Both the position numbers and the translations under genes were made by a program. This document shows positions 45,923 through 53,192 of a stretch of 64,000 nucleotides of DNA, in pieces. Source of the DNA: Candidatus Thioglobus sp. (GTDB taxonomy: Bacteria; Pseudomonadota; Gammaproteobacteria; PS1; Pseudothioglobaceae); assembly GCF_018644675.1 (NCBI RefSeq), contig NZ_JABGQC010000001.1. The stretch is one strand, 5' to 3'. How positions within the stretch are numbered: the first letter of the stretch is position 1; every line of letters starts with the position of its first letter. The notes beneath the pieces are model-generated. The model did no database searches and had not been told where the DNA came from. It saw nothing but the letters and a program-made list of their open reading frames with translations.

Positions 45923-46660
45923 ATGTCTTGTGGGGGTAGTGATAAAAATAAAGTAAACTGCATGGAATGTGGCATACGAAAGGACTCGCTGTTTAAAGAT
46001 TTGGATGATGAAGAGATCGTGCTAGCAGAGTCACACATTGATTTACAAAGGCAGTGTAAGCCAGGTGAGTATGTTATCAGTGAGCAGCATCAGGCAAAAT
46101 CAAGCTACATTCTTGCTTCAGGCTGTGTAATTTTAGGCACTTATTTGGAAGATGGCTCTCGGCAAATATTCCAATTGGCCTTGCCTGGTGATGTAATCGG
46201 CTTTGGTGTTAATAAAGACAATGGGTATTTTGCACAAGCCATTTCCGATGTAAAAGTGTGTGTTATGAGTAACACCTCCTTGGATAATTTGGTAAAAAAC
46301 CACAGTGCTGTTGCTGTGCGTCTGATTAAAAACCTTGCTAAAAGCAATTCTTCTTACCAGCAATATTTGTTAAACCTAGGTCGTAAAGATGCTAGACAAG
46401 CGCTAGCCTATCTAATAATGGATGTGACAGGGCGGCTTAAGAGGCAAGTTCCCGGGTGTTCACTTGATCATTCAAAGGCTTGTTTTTTTCCACTAAACCA
46501 AGAGGCGATGGCTGATACTTTAGGCATTACAAAGGTGCATGTTTCTCGTGTGATATCTCAATTCAAAAAAGAAGGCTTGATTGAGTGTAGTCATAAAAAA
46601 CTAAAAGTGTTAAATCAAGAAAAACTTGGTGAAATAGGTAACTACGCCGCTAGTATTTAA
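45923..46660 (+). CDS. fnr: FNR-like Crp/Fnr-family regulator with an N-terminal Cys cluster
   Basis: 245 aa with Cys3, Cys13-x2-Cys16 and a central Cys in VKVCVMS (C122-like position). The HTH reads TKVHVSRVI, so the position equivalent to E. coli FNR Glu209 is Val. Confidence 0.8.
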   Translation: MSCGGSDKNKVNCMECGIRKDSLFKDLDDEEIVLAESHIDLQRQCKPGEYVISEQHQAKSSYILASGCVILGTYLEDGSRQIFQLALPGDVIGFGVNKDNGYFAQAISDVKVCVMSNTSLDNLVKNHSAVAVRLIKNLAKSNSSYQQYLLNLGRKDARQALAYLIMDVTGRLKRQVPGCSLDHSKACFFPLNQEAMADTLGITKVHVSRVISQFKKEGLIECSHKKLKVLNQEKLGEIGNYAASI

Positions 46661-47157
46661 TTTATTTCTTTATTGTTTTTAAAGTTTTTTTCTGCCCATA
46701 TTTTTCCTGATTTATCCCACCAGGTAGATTGCCCGTCTAGTTGGTTGTTTTTGTAATGGTAGCGCTTCATTTTTTTACCATTGGAAAAAAACCAAGTTTT
46801 TGGTCCGTTTAAGGCGCCATATTGATAGCTTATCTCAATTTTCTTGTGACCATTTTTTCGCCAAAAAGTGCTAACTCCGTGCTCAACGCCGTTGTCGAAG
46901 TTGGCTATAAAATCTTTGTTGCCATTAGGTAGGTAGAATATTGATTGCCCTTGTTCTTTGCCGTCTTTGTAGTTAGACTTTCTAATAATTTGCCCATTTT
47001 TGTGTTTACTGATTACTTTCCCGGTGAACACCTTCGAGCTGCCTTTTTTATAAATTGTGCCATTAATACTGATGGTATCACTTGCGTCCAAAGTGGCATC
47101 TGAACAGGAGGCTGTAAAAAATAGTAACAGGCAAGCAATGACAAGGTTTTTAATCAT
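46657..47157 (-). CDS. MORN-repeat (YwqK-like) lipoprotein
   Basis: Lipobox LFFTASC. Repeated Y..G...G....F..NG motifs. Confidence 0.6.
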   Translation of the reverse strand: MIKNLVIACLLLFFTASCSDATLDASDTISINGTIYKKGSSKVFTGKVISKHKNGQIIRKSNYKDGKEQGQSIFYLPNGNKDFIANFDNGVEHGVSTFWRKNGHKKIEISYQYGALNGPKTWFFSNGKKMKRYHYKNNQLDGQSTWWDKSGKIWAEKNFKNNKEIN

Positions 47158-47159
47158 TA

Positions 47160-47339
47160 CTAGACTTTATTTTCAGCGATAGACTTAGACTCTCCTGTCT
47201 TTACTTCTTCTTTCATTGATTTTTTAAAGCCTTTAATGGTGCTACCTAAATCGGTGCCAATATTTTTTAGACGTTTTCCGCCAAAAAGTAATAACACAAT
47301 TGCTAAAATAATAACGAGTTCAAATGGTCCAGGCATCAT
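47160..47339 (-). CDS. tatA: Twin-arginine translocase TatA/TatE-family protein
   Basis: 59 aa, below the ORF-track cut-off. The reverse complement reads [45 protein letters not shown]..., i.e. the TatA helix-hinge-amphipathic helix signature. Confidence 0.8.
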   Translation of the reverse strand: MMPGPFELVIILAIVLLLFGGKRLKNIGTDLGSTIKGFKKSMKEEVKTGESKSIAENKV

Positions 47340-47428
47340 GCTTTATCCTTATAATTATGATTAAATTTACCTAATTTTAACAAGTTAAAATACTACTGTG
47401 TCGCCTATTTGACAAGGCTTTGCTATTG

Positions 47429-47442
47429 TTAACATAGGTTAA
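47429..47442. promoter_or_regulatory. Perfect TAAC-type box TTAAC-ATAG-GTTAA in the tatA/tpm divergent region
   Basis: Read directly. Confidence 0.45.
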
Positions 47443-47499
47443 TTATTATTTGTATTTTTAGTTAAAATATTGACTTGATATTTCATTATTAATAAGTAT

Positions 47500-48150
47500 A
47501 TGACGAATTGGATCCAACGTTGGAATGAGGGAAAAATTGGTTGGCATCGAGAGGTGCCAAACTCAAAATTAATAGAGTTTATTGACCATCTTCAGCTAAA
47601 AATTGCTGACACGGTATTTGTTCCATTGTGTGGCAAGAGTGTGGATATGCTGTATCTACTAGAGCAGGGTTATCAAGTCATTGGTGTTGAGCTGAGTACG
47701 ATAGCTGTTGAACAATTTTTCTCAGAGAACTCAATCCCATTTGAGGTTTTTCAAGAGCCTGATTTTGTTATTTATCAGTCAGATAAGTTGCGTATTTATT
47801 GTGGTGACTATTTTAAATTAAACGCAAAACATTTAGCGTCAGTTGTGGCGGTGTATGATCGGGCGGCTTTAATCGCATTGACAGCGGGGTTAAGGGTGAA
47901 ATACGCACAGCACTTATACGCTATAATAGCCAAAGATTGCCGGATACTATTATTAACTTTGAATTATCCGCAATCGCAAATAAGTGGTCCGCCTTATGCA
48001 GTAAATGAGGCTGAAGTGGTATCACTTTACAAGAATGGGTTCGAGTGTCAACTATTACAATGCTTTAATGACATAGAAAATGAGCCTAAGTTTCAACGTG
48101 CAAACGTTGATTTTATTGAAAAAGCAACTTATTGTTTGCGTAAATATTAA
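47500..48150 (+). CDS. tpm: Thiopurine S-methyltransferase family (Se/Te methyltransferase)
   Basis: 216 aa. W..RW.EGKIGWH and VFVPLCGKSVDMLYLLEQGYQVIGVELS motifs. Confidence 0.8.
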   Translation: MTNWIQRWNEGKIGWHREVPNSKLIEFIDHLQLKIADTVFVPLCGKSVDMLYLLEQGYQVIGVELSTIAVEQFFSENSIPFEVFQEPDFVIYQSDKLRIYCGDYFKLNAKHLASVVAVYDRAALIALTAGLRVKYAQHLYAIIAKDCRILLLTLNYPQSQISGPPYAVNEAEVVSLYKNGFECQLLQCFNDIENEPKFQRANVDFIEKATYCLRKY

Positions 48151-48159
48151 GAGGAAGAA

Positions 48160-48498
48160 ATGGCTAAAAAAATAAAGGGCGTGGTGGCACAATTTGGCAC
48201 CAAGGGATATGGATTTATTACTGGTGATGATGAGGAAAAGTACTTTGTCCATCAAAAAAACATCTTTAACAAATCTCGTCTTAAAGCGGGCACAAGAGTT
48301 GTGTTTAAAGCTCAAGAATCAGAAAAAGGCTTGGTAGCAAGTGATGTAGAGCTTGAAAATGGTTCTGAAAAAGTAAACACATCAACCAACACATCTTCAG
48401 GTTTATCGGCTGGCACTATTAAGGCTGCCTTAAGTATTTTATTTATTGCCCAAGCTGTGGTGATTTATAAAGTATTTTTCACAAGTGTAGCTGGCTAA
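48160..48498 (+). CDS. Cold-shock-domain-like protein with a C-terminal hydrophobic tail
   Basis: KGVVAQFGTKGYGFI...YFVHQ is CSD-like. C-terminal AALSILFIAQAVVIYKVFF. Confidence 0.5.
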   Translation: MAKKIKGVVAQFGTKGYGFITGDDEEKYFVHQKNIFNKSRLKAGTRVVFKAQESEKGLVASDVELENGSEKVNTSTNTSSGLSAGTIKAALSILFIAQAVVIYKVFFTSVAG

Positions 48499-49104
48499 AT
48501 GAAAAAACTGCTACCACTGTTACTATTACCCTTGTTTTTAACTGGCTGCTTTTCGACACCTGCAGTCACTGTTAATAACATTTGCACCTTAATGGATGAA
48601 GAGGTGAGTTGGTATCGTTCAGTTAAGGCGGTTGAGAAAAAATATGATGTCCCTGTGCACGTATTATTAGCAGTCGTATATCAAGAATCACGTTTTGCTT
48701 CAGATGCCAAGCCACCTAGAGAAAAGTTGTTTGGCATAGTGCCTTGGTTTAGGCCGACAACCGCCTATGGTTTTGCCCAAGCAGTGGATGGCACATGGGA
48801 TTGGTACAAGCTTAAAACAGGCAATCATAATGCAGATCGAGATGATTTTGACGATGCTGTAGATTTTATGGGCTGGTACATGAATCAATCTAATAAGCGT
48901 TCAGGTGTTGCTAAATCAGATGCTTATCATCAGTATTTGGCATACCATGAAGGCCATGGCGGTTTTAATAAAAAAACTTACCAAAAAAAACCTTGGCTAA
49001 TGAAAGTGGCTCGTAAAGTTGAAAATAATGCTAAGCGTTATAATCGCCAGCTAAATCAATGTGCTTCCGAGCTAAATAGTAATAGTATTTGGAGCTTGTT
49101 TTAA
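48499..49104 (+). CDS. Lipoprotein, lytic-transglycosylase-like
   Basis: Lipobox LFLTGC. The LLAVVYQESRF and YGFAQAVDGTW motifs resemble the SLT family. Confidence 0.5.
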   Translation: MKKLLPLLLLPLFLTGCFSTPAVTVNNICTLMDEEVSWYRSVKAVEKKYDVPVHVLLAVVYQESRFASDAKPPREKLFGIVPWFRPTTAYGFAQAVDGTWDWYKLKTGNHNADRDDFDDAVDFMGWYMNQSNKRSGVAKSDAYHQYLAYHEGHGGFNKKTYQKKPWLMKVARKVENNAKRYNRQLNQCASELNSNSIWSLF

Positions 49105-49174
49105 TCTGGCAATCAAGATCCATTAGATTAGAACAAGTCGTACTTTTTTTGAGAAAGAAATAGCATTAACTACC

Positions 49175-49471
49175 ATGTGGATAAAAGTCTTAGACAAAAT
49201 ACCAAAAGAAGGCACAATGAGTGCCTTTCAAGTTAAAGGAAAAAAGCTTTTTATAACACTAACAGGTGGTGAGCTATTTTGCGCTGAGAATCGTTGTCCA
49301 CATGAAGATATCGAATTAACACTGGGTTGCTTAAAAAAAGGTAGTGTTGTGTGTTCGTTGCATGGCTTTAGTTTTGATTTGGCCACGGGTAAAAGCTCTG
49401 ATAATGATGTGGATAATATGAAAACCTATCCAGTAAAATTAGAAAATAACGAAATATACATACAACTATGA
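49175..49471 (+). CDS. Small Rieske [2Fe-2S] ferredoxin
   Basis: 98 aa. Ligand boxes CPH (RCPHED) and CSLHG. Confidence 0.75.
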   Translation: MWIKVLDKIPKEGTMSAFQVKGKKLFITLTGGELFCAENRCPHEDIELTLGCLKKGSVVCSLHGFSFDLATGKSSDNDVDNMKTYPVKLENNEIYIQL

Positions 49472-50532
49472 CTTCTACAGAATTAATGAAATCCATCATC
49501 CAGCGTATTGCTACGGGTCCAGAGTTAAGTAAAGATTTAGATTTTGACGAAACCAAAGCTGGCATGCAGGCTATTTTGCGTGGCGAAATCGACGATGTGC
49601 AGTCAGCTATTTTCTTTATCGCTCTGCGTATGAAGCGTGAAACTGAAGAAGAAAATAAGGGTGTATTAGCAGCCATCTTGGCAGAGAGCGACAAGCGGCA
49701 AGTTAATGTCGATGATTTGGTTGATTTGGGTGATCCGTACAGTGGTTACAATCGCTCTATTCCGATTTCATCATTCTTGCCGGTGGTTTTGGCTGAGTTG
49801 GGCTTGCCGTGTGTAATACACGGATTAAATAGTGTTAGCCCTAAATTTGGGCTAACGCATAGGCACATTATTCAAGCAATGGGGCTGAATGCAGATCTTT
49901 CAACAGCTGAGGCTAAGACTAGGTTGGAAGATGGCTCAATTGGCTGGAGTTACATTGATCAAGCGAGCTACTGTAAGGGTTTGCACAATTTAGTGCCGCT
50001 TCGTGATCGTATTATTAAGCGTACGGTTATCAATACGGTAGAAACACTTATCACCCCACTTAGAGGTCGTAAAACGCATTCTATTTTGGGATATGTGCAT
50101 AAACCTTATCCACCAAAATATGCCGCATTGGTAAAAGAATCTGGCATGGAAACAGCACTACTAATCCGTGGTGTTGAGGGTGGTGTGATTCCATCATTGC
50201 GCCAAAAAGGTTTAATGGTGTCTTATGAAGGTATTGATGAAAAAGACCGTGTTGATATCGAACCAACATCATTAGGTATTGAGCAGGACATGCGTGCAAT
50301 TTCTTTTCCGGCTGACATGGATGTGCATAACAACATTAATGAACTGGCAGACTACACAGTTAAACTTGGCAAAGCAGCCCTATCAGGTGAGAAGGGTATG
50401 TTTTATGATGGTCTGGTGTTAAGTGCCTCATTGGTGCTTTGGCACACCAAGAAAGTCACGTCACTACTTGAGGCAGCTGATTTGGTACGAAGTGCACTTG
50501 ACTCTGGTAAGGTATTAGCTAGGCTGAAATAG
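49468..50532 (+). CDS. TrpD-fold (glycosyltransferase family 3) protein with degenerate catalytic motifs
   Basis: 354 aa. N-terminal helical bundle IFFIALRMKRETEEE. GDPYSG replaces GTGGDG and IHGLN replaces KHGNR. Its start overlaps the Rieske stop (ATGA). Confidence 0.7.
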   Translation: MTSTELMKSIIQRIATGPELSKDLDFDETKAGMQAILRGEIDDVQSAIFFIALRMKRETEEENKGVLAAILAESDKRQVNVDDLVDLGDPYSGYNRSIPISSFLPVVLAELGLPCVIHGLNSVSPKFGLTHRHIIQAMGLNADLSTAEAKTRLEDGSIGWSYIDQASYCKGLHNLVPLRDRIIKRTVINTVETLITPLRGRKTHSILGYVHKPYPPKYAALVKESGMETALLIRGVEGGVIPSLRQKGLMVSYEGIDEKDRVDIEPTSLGIEQDMRAISFPADMDVHNNINELADYTVKLGKAALSGEKGMFYDGLVLSASLVLWHTKKVTSLLEAADLVRSALDSGKVLARLK

Positions 50533-50584
50533 GAAATTAACCAGCTATTTAGTTTTATCTGCTTTAAAAAAGTATCAGAAACCC

Positions 50585-50609
50585 AAAAGCCACTTAATAA
50601 GCGGCTTTT
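50585..50609 (+). terminator. Weak terminator after the TrpD-like gene
   Basis: AAAAGCCAC / GCGGCTTTT stem with one mismatch and a short T run. Confidence 0.4.
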
Positions 50610-50829
50610 GAGCAGAGGGAGTTTTATTTTTTAGCTATGTGAAGCAGGGGCTGCGCACAGTTCTCGTTTGGTAAAGTATCTGCGTAAAACAACAGCAGGG
50701 CTGTAACCTTTTTTAATCAGTTTTTTACTTGTCTTTTTGTCATTTATATATCCTTTGTTTTAAATAGTGTTCATTTGTATATACGCAATCAATTTGCTAA
50801 TAGTTTCAAAAAATATGATTTTATTTCAA

Positions 50830-51324
50830 TTAATTAACAATGGTTATTTCAGCGTTAACTTTTGCGTTGTGCGTAAAGACAAGATCATTGCCCGATGCAG
50901 CTTGATGACAAGCAATACAGCCTTTATCTTTACCAGCTCTGGTGATAGAGTTTTTTACAAATAACTCGCCATTAGGCTTGTATTTAGCCCAAAACCAATC
51001 CTTATGTGCCGGATCATAATCAGGTCTTTTTTGCATAACTGTTAGTGCTTTAAGCCATTTTTTAGGATCTTTAGCAACTTTCTCAGGGGTGATACTTGGT
51101 CCACCATAATTAAACTTAACAATGGTTCTTTGACCGTTGATATTGCCTTCTACTACCGCTCTAACTGGTCCGTGCGGTGGGCCGCCAACGTATAGGTTTT
51201 GAGGTGCTTGCATGAATGATTTTTGTTTTAATTGTTCAAATAAATTCTTAGCGATTTCTTGATCTGTTTGTGCAAAAGCACTGGCTGATAACGTTATTAG
51301 TGTGGCGATTATGGTTTTTTTCAT
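50830..51324 (-). CDS. Periplasmic monohaem protein, cytochrome P460 / c'-beta family candidate
   Basis: 164 aa with a signal peptide. Single CIACH near the C-terminus, preceded by DWFWAKYKPNG and followed by NDLVF, a layout typical of the P460 family. Confidence 0.55.
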   Translation of the reverse strand: MKKTIIATLITLSASAFAQTDQEIAKNLFEQLKQKSFMQAPQNLYVGGPPHGPVRAVVEGNINGQRTIVKFNYGGPSITPEKVAKDPKKWLKALTVMQKRPDYDPAHKDWFWAKYKPNGELFVKNSITRAGKDKGCIACHQAASGNDLVFTHNAKVNAEITIVN

Positions 51325-51374
51325 TTTTTTTATCCTTGTTTTTTTATATTAATATTGCTGCTTTTTGTAACAGT

Positions 51375-51410
51375 ACTTAGTTATACGAGTAGGTTTTAAA
51401 ATAGTTTCAA
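51375..51410 (-). promoter_or_regulatory. ECF-type promoter TGAAAC-N16-CGTATAACTAAGT upstream of the P460-like gene
   Basis: Minus-strand read TGAAACTATTTTAAAACCTACTCGTATAACTAAGT. Near-identical element at 51958-51995. Confidence 0.5.
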
Positions 51411-51448
51411 AATAATAATAAAAAAAATTTGATTAAATTTTAGACGTT

Positions 51449-51474
51449 AAAAAAGCCGCTCATAGAGCGGCTTT
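51449..51474 (-). terminator. Terminator after the Met-rich membrane protein gene
   Basis: AAAGCCGCTC / GAGCGGCTTT stem with a 3-nt loop. The T run is on the minus strand. Confidence 0.6.
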
Positions 51475-51484
51475 AAGTTATTTC

Positions 51485-51913
51485 TTAGCTTTTAGTTGAT
51501 TCACCTTTGGCGTAAACTGCGCCTAATACTGCACCAAAGACAATGTGGCCAATCAAACTACCGATGATAGCCATCATATCACCACCTGACCAAAAACCAT
51601 TACCCATCATCGGCATCATCATAGATTGTGCAATAACAAATGGAATCATCGCAAAGATAATACCGCGAACGGCGTATGAGCCACTCAGTCTGTTAATAAA
51701 GACCGACGCATAAACTGCTGTTAGTACGATACCAACCACAAAGTGTATCATCCAACCAGCCATATATGGCATTGCCATCATTGGATTGTTAGTGCCTAGC
51801 ATCGTACCAAAATCCATTTTAGGCATCCCCATCATGGGTGCTACCATAACGGCCACAATTGACATAACCGCTGTTGCTGCGATACCGGCTGTCATTACTT
51901 TTGTTGTATTCAT
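51485..51913 (-). CDS. Met-rich polytopic membrane protein of unknown function
   Basis: 142 aa with four hydrophobic segments. Met clusters MMGMPKM, PMMAMPYM, SMMMPMMG and GDMM. Confidence 0.6.
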   Translation of the reverse strand: MNTTKVMTAGIAATAVMSIVAVMVAPMMGMPKMDFGTMLGTNNPMMAMPYMAGWMIHFVVGIVLTAVYASVFINRLSGSYAVRGIIFAMIPFVIAQSMMMPMMGNGFWSGGDMMAIIGSLIGHIVFGAVLGAVYAKGESTKS

Positions 51914-51957
51914 TTTTTCACCTCTTTTGTTATTAATAAATATCGTCTTGTTAACGA

Positions 51958-51995
51958 CACTTAGTTATACGAGGTGTATTTTAAAAGAGTTTCAA
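51958..51995 (-). promoter_or_regulatory. ECF-type promoter TGAAAC-N17-CGTATAACTAAGT upstream of the Met-rich membrane protein gene
   Basis: Minus-strand read TGAAACTCTTTTAAAATACACCTCGTATAACTAAGT. Confidence 0.5.
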
Positions 51996-52010
51996 AATAA
52001 TTAAAATAAG

Positions 52011-52649
52011 TTAAGAGATTTGATTGCGATACTCAATACGAGTTGGTTGATTCATTGGCTTATCAGATGATTCAATAGAAATAATTGCTTCACCACCTTG
52101 AAGCATTTGGGCGATTTTTGGACTCATGGATACCGTTTTATTGCCACTATTAGGTAGGGTACTAACGAAGTAAGTTGCCCCATCTTTTTGTACCCACAAG
52201 GCGCATACTTCATTTTTCCCTACTAACATTGGGCTAACTGAGGCAATTGATAGTTTGCGGTTGTCAATATCAGCATTTACTTCCCAGCCTACTTTAGCAT
52301 TAATAATAGCCATGGAGTATGAATCGGCTACTGGTGATGTTTGTTGAAATAACATCAGACTGCCAAATGCCATAAATATAGCAGGTAGCACATACAGCCA
52401 CATTCTGAAACGCGACATGAGCGTATCTTGCCAAGTTTCTTTTTCGGATTTAATTTTTTGGCTAATGTTGTTCCAGATTTTTTTACTACTGTCTTTGTCG
52501 AGTGGTGCTTGTAATTGTAAGGCAGATAGCTTTAAGTGAGCTTGCTCTACTTCTGTTAAGAATTCTGGTGTCAGTTCAATGTCGGCTTTTTCTTCTTTAC
52601 TTAAAAGACCTAATGCATATTCATAAGCAAGTGTATTTTGATTAGGCAT
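52011..52649 (-). CDS. Anti-sigma factor, RskA-like (single TM)
   Basis: 212 aa. N-terminal LAYEYALGLLSKEE anti-sigma motif, central TM, and C-terminal extracytoplasmic domain ending ...ISIESSDKPMNQPT. Overlaps the sigma gene stop by 8 nt. Confidence 0.75.
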   Translation of the reverse strand: MPNQNTLAYEYALGLLSKEEKADIELTPEFLTEVEQAHLKLSALQLQAPLDKDSSKKIWNNISQKIKSEKETWQDTLMSRFRMWLYVLPAIFMAFGSLMLFQQTSPVADSYSMAIINAKVGWEVNADIDNRKLSIASVSPMLVGKNEVCALWVQKDGATYFVSTLPNSGNKTVSMSPKIAQMLQGGEAIISIESSDKPMNQPTRIEYRNQIS

Positions 52650-53190
52650 GTGCAGCCTCCAAGCATTTTTTTAAAATAGGTAATGATCTTGATACCCAGG
52701 TTTTAACAGTGCTGACTGGTGAGCCAACCGCTTTGGCGATGTTGTCATAAGTGAGGCCGTTAAAATAAGCCATAAACACCACGGTTTTTGATTCTGCTTT
52801 GAGTTGTCCTAAGCAATCATGCAATTGCTTACTGGCGTCTTTTGCTTCTAAGCTGTCCAAAAAATGCACCTGATCGTCTTTAATAATGCTCATTTCAAAG
52901 TCATCTTGAATGGGTAGCTCGTGCTTGCGCACGTAATCAATTGCATGGTTTCTAGCAATGGTGGACATCCATGTCATCATATTGGCCCTCGTAGTATCAT
53001 AGGTTTCGATTCGATTCCATATCTTTACATAAGTCTCCTGTAGGCAATCCTCAGAGAGTTCTTTTCTCTTTAATATACGGATGATGACACCAAAAAGACG
53101 CACAGAGGTCAATTTATATATTTTTTCAAAATTTTTCTGAGTTTTGTTTTGTTGTAATTTGTCAAAGTAATAATCCAGATTTTTATCCAT
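52642..53190 (-). CDS. ECF (group IV) RNA polymerase sigma factor
   Basis: 182 aa. Region 2 (DCLQETYVKIW, WMSTIARNHAIDYVRK) and region 4 (LTYDNIAKAVGSPVSTVKTWVSRS). Confidence 0.9.
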   Translation of the reverse strand: MDKNLDYYFDKLQQNKTQKNFEKIYKLTSVRLFGVIIRILKRKELSEDCLQETYVKIWNRIETYDTTRANMMTWMSTIARNHAIDYVRKHELPIQDDFEMSIIKDDQVHFLDSLEAKDASKQLHDCLGQLKAESKTVVFMAYFNGLTYDNIAKAVGSPVSTVKTWVSRSLPILKKCLEAAHA

Positions 53191-53192
53191 GA

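Noticed and set aside
50613-50770. Relatively GC-rich patch in the 297-bp convergent spacer with direct repeats GCAGGGGCTG / GCAGGGCTG. On the minus strand there is a short ORF, MTKRQVKN-TGA-LKKVTALLLFYADTLPNENCAQPLLHIAKK, with an in-frame TGA. I considered selenocysteine recoding, a frameshifted gene or an sRNA.
   Set aside because: There is no SECIS-like hairpin after the TGA, because the repeats are direct and not inverted. There is no RBS and no recognisable protein family. I cannot support any call from the sequence alone, though it may deserve an RNA-seq look.
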